Translations under genes and position numbers: made by a program
NCBI GenBank assembly: GCA_001816655.1
Contig: MHCP01000028.1
Coordinates: forward strand, 30,309-94,308
DNA: 64,000 nucleotides
Source of the DNA: Candidatus Woykebacteria bacterium RBG_13_40_15
Lineage (GTDB): Bacteria > Patescibacteriota > Microgenomatia > Woykebacterales > RBG-16-39-9b
Direction of reading: 5' to 3'
Notes under the pieces: model-generated
The model's database searches: none
What the model was told of the DNA's origin: nothing
The model's input: the letters and a program-made list of their open reading frames with translations, nothing else
Shown here: positions 63,373-64,000 of the stretch, in pieces
Layout of the letters: each line of letters opens with the position of its first letter
Position numbering within the stretch: the first letter of the stretch is position 1

Positions 63373-64000
63373 TTACCTCACACTACCAGCAAATATAGCC
63401 TTTTTGAGTAATTTTTTGTCGTTTAAAATTCTAACTGTTCCTCTAACAACAGTGGTCAAGGGTTCCTCAGCTAGAATCACCGGCATTTTGGTTTCTTTGG
63501 CTAATAGTTGTGATAATCCTTTTAACAAGGCTCCCCCTCCGGTTAGGTAAATACCTTTTTCGGAAATATCACTTACAAGTTCCGGTGGTGATTCTTCGAC
63601 AACGTCTTTTATAGCTTCGATTATCGACCGCAAGGTATTGGAAAGAGCCTCTCTAATTTCCGCCGTACTAATAGTTACTTTTGAAGGAAGACCGCTAGCT
63701 AAATCCCTACCCCGTACAGTAATTTTTGATTCTTTACCGACTGGATAAGCTGAACCGGCTGAAATTTTAATTTCTTCAGCAGTACGCGGCCCCAAGAGAA
63801 GATTGTAGCGCATTCGCAAATAGTTAATAATGTCTTCGTCCATTTCGTCTCCTGCTACACGAAGTGATTTACTTACAACTACACCCCCCAAGGAAATCAG
63901 GGCCATCTCAGTAGTTCCCCCACCAATATCCACCACCATATTTCCACTTGGCTCATCGATGGGCAGTTCCGCCCCAAGAGCTGCTGCCATTGGCTCATCT
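63373..64000 (-). CDS. mreB: rod shape-determining protein MreB (C-terminal part; gene continues beyond window end)
   Basis: ...VVDIGGGTTEMALISLGGVV...LTGGGALLKGL...EEPLTTVVRGT are actin-like MreB motifs. The true N-terminus is missing from the window. Confidence 0.85.
   Translation of the reverse strand, partial: DEPMAAALGAELPIDEPSGNMVVDIGGGTTEMALISLGGVVVSKSLRVAGDEMDEDIINYLRMRYNLLLGPRTAEEIKISAGSAYPVGKESKITVRGRDLASGLPSKVTISTAEIREALSNTLRSIIEAIKDVVEESPPELVSDISEKGIYLTGGGALLKGLSQLLAKETKMPVILAEEPLTTVVRGTVRILNDKKLLKKAIFAGSVR

Noticed and set aside
1-64000. CRISPR arrays, tRNA/rRNA genes, transposases, integrases or phage structural genes that might explain the GC-rich islands.
   Set aside because: No regularly spaced direct repeats, no tRNA-like cloverleaf sequences in intergenic regions, and no recognisable transposase or integrase motifs (DDE, tyrosine recombinase R..HxxR..Y) in any ORF. 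None reported.

Overview
This 64-kb window is densely packed with housekeeping operons and reads like a reduced-genome bacterium, possibly Patescibacteria/CPR-like; that assignment is inference from gene content and shortened core proteins.

Core operons present: rpsF-ssb-rpsR, dnaX-ybaB-recR, mfd-pth, ybeY-rpsU, proS-rseP-frr-tsf-rpsB, cysS, topA, dprA and mreBCD-PBP2.

Six accessory observations stand out:

- **Type IV pilus cluster.** A pilN/pilO plus prepilin-type minor-pilin cluster that also carries a thrombospondin type-3 Ca-binding repeat protein.

- **Cohesin-dockerin surface assembly (the most striking locus, 44.9-60.3 kb).** Two membrane-anchored cohesin-like 'scaffoldin' proteins, an adaptor carrying both cohesin and dockerin, a metzincin protease and a 1140-aa NHL/beta-propeller protein that both end in dockerin modules, and a small dockerin protein. 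The three large consecutive dockerin proteins share a conserved N-terminal motif (KYRKxINPPY...IPLTV).

- **Compositional mosaic.** About 10 short GC-rich islands (~55-62% GC against a ~38-42% background) each hold 1-3 small ORFs of unknown function. These include a ParB/Srx-like protein with a Zn-finger insert, a ThiS/MoaD-like beta-grasp protein and two paralogous lipoproteins. Each ORF has its own AT-rich consensus promoter and a hairpin terminator.

- **Two novel repeat/ncRNA-like families with compensatory base changes.** One is a ~78-nt structured intergenic element in 5 copies. The other is a ~170-nt hairpin-terminated element in 2 copies, each next to a GC island.

- **thyX next to three dCTP-deaminase/dUTPase-superfamily paralogs.** A tandem-domain thyX sits beside three tandem paralogs.

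- **Smaller items.** A hicAB toxin-antitoxin pair, and identical leaderless-type promoters duplicated in front of neighbouring genes.

No rRNA, tRNA, CRISPR array, transposase or integrase was recognised.
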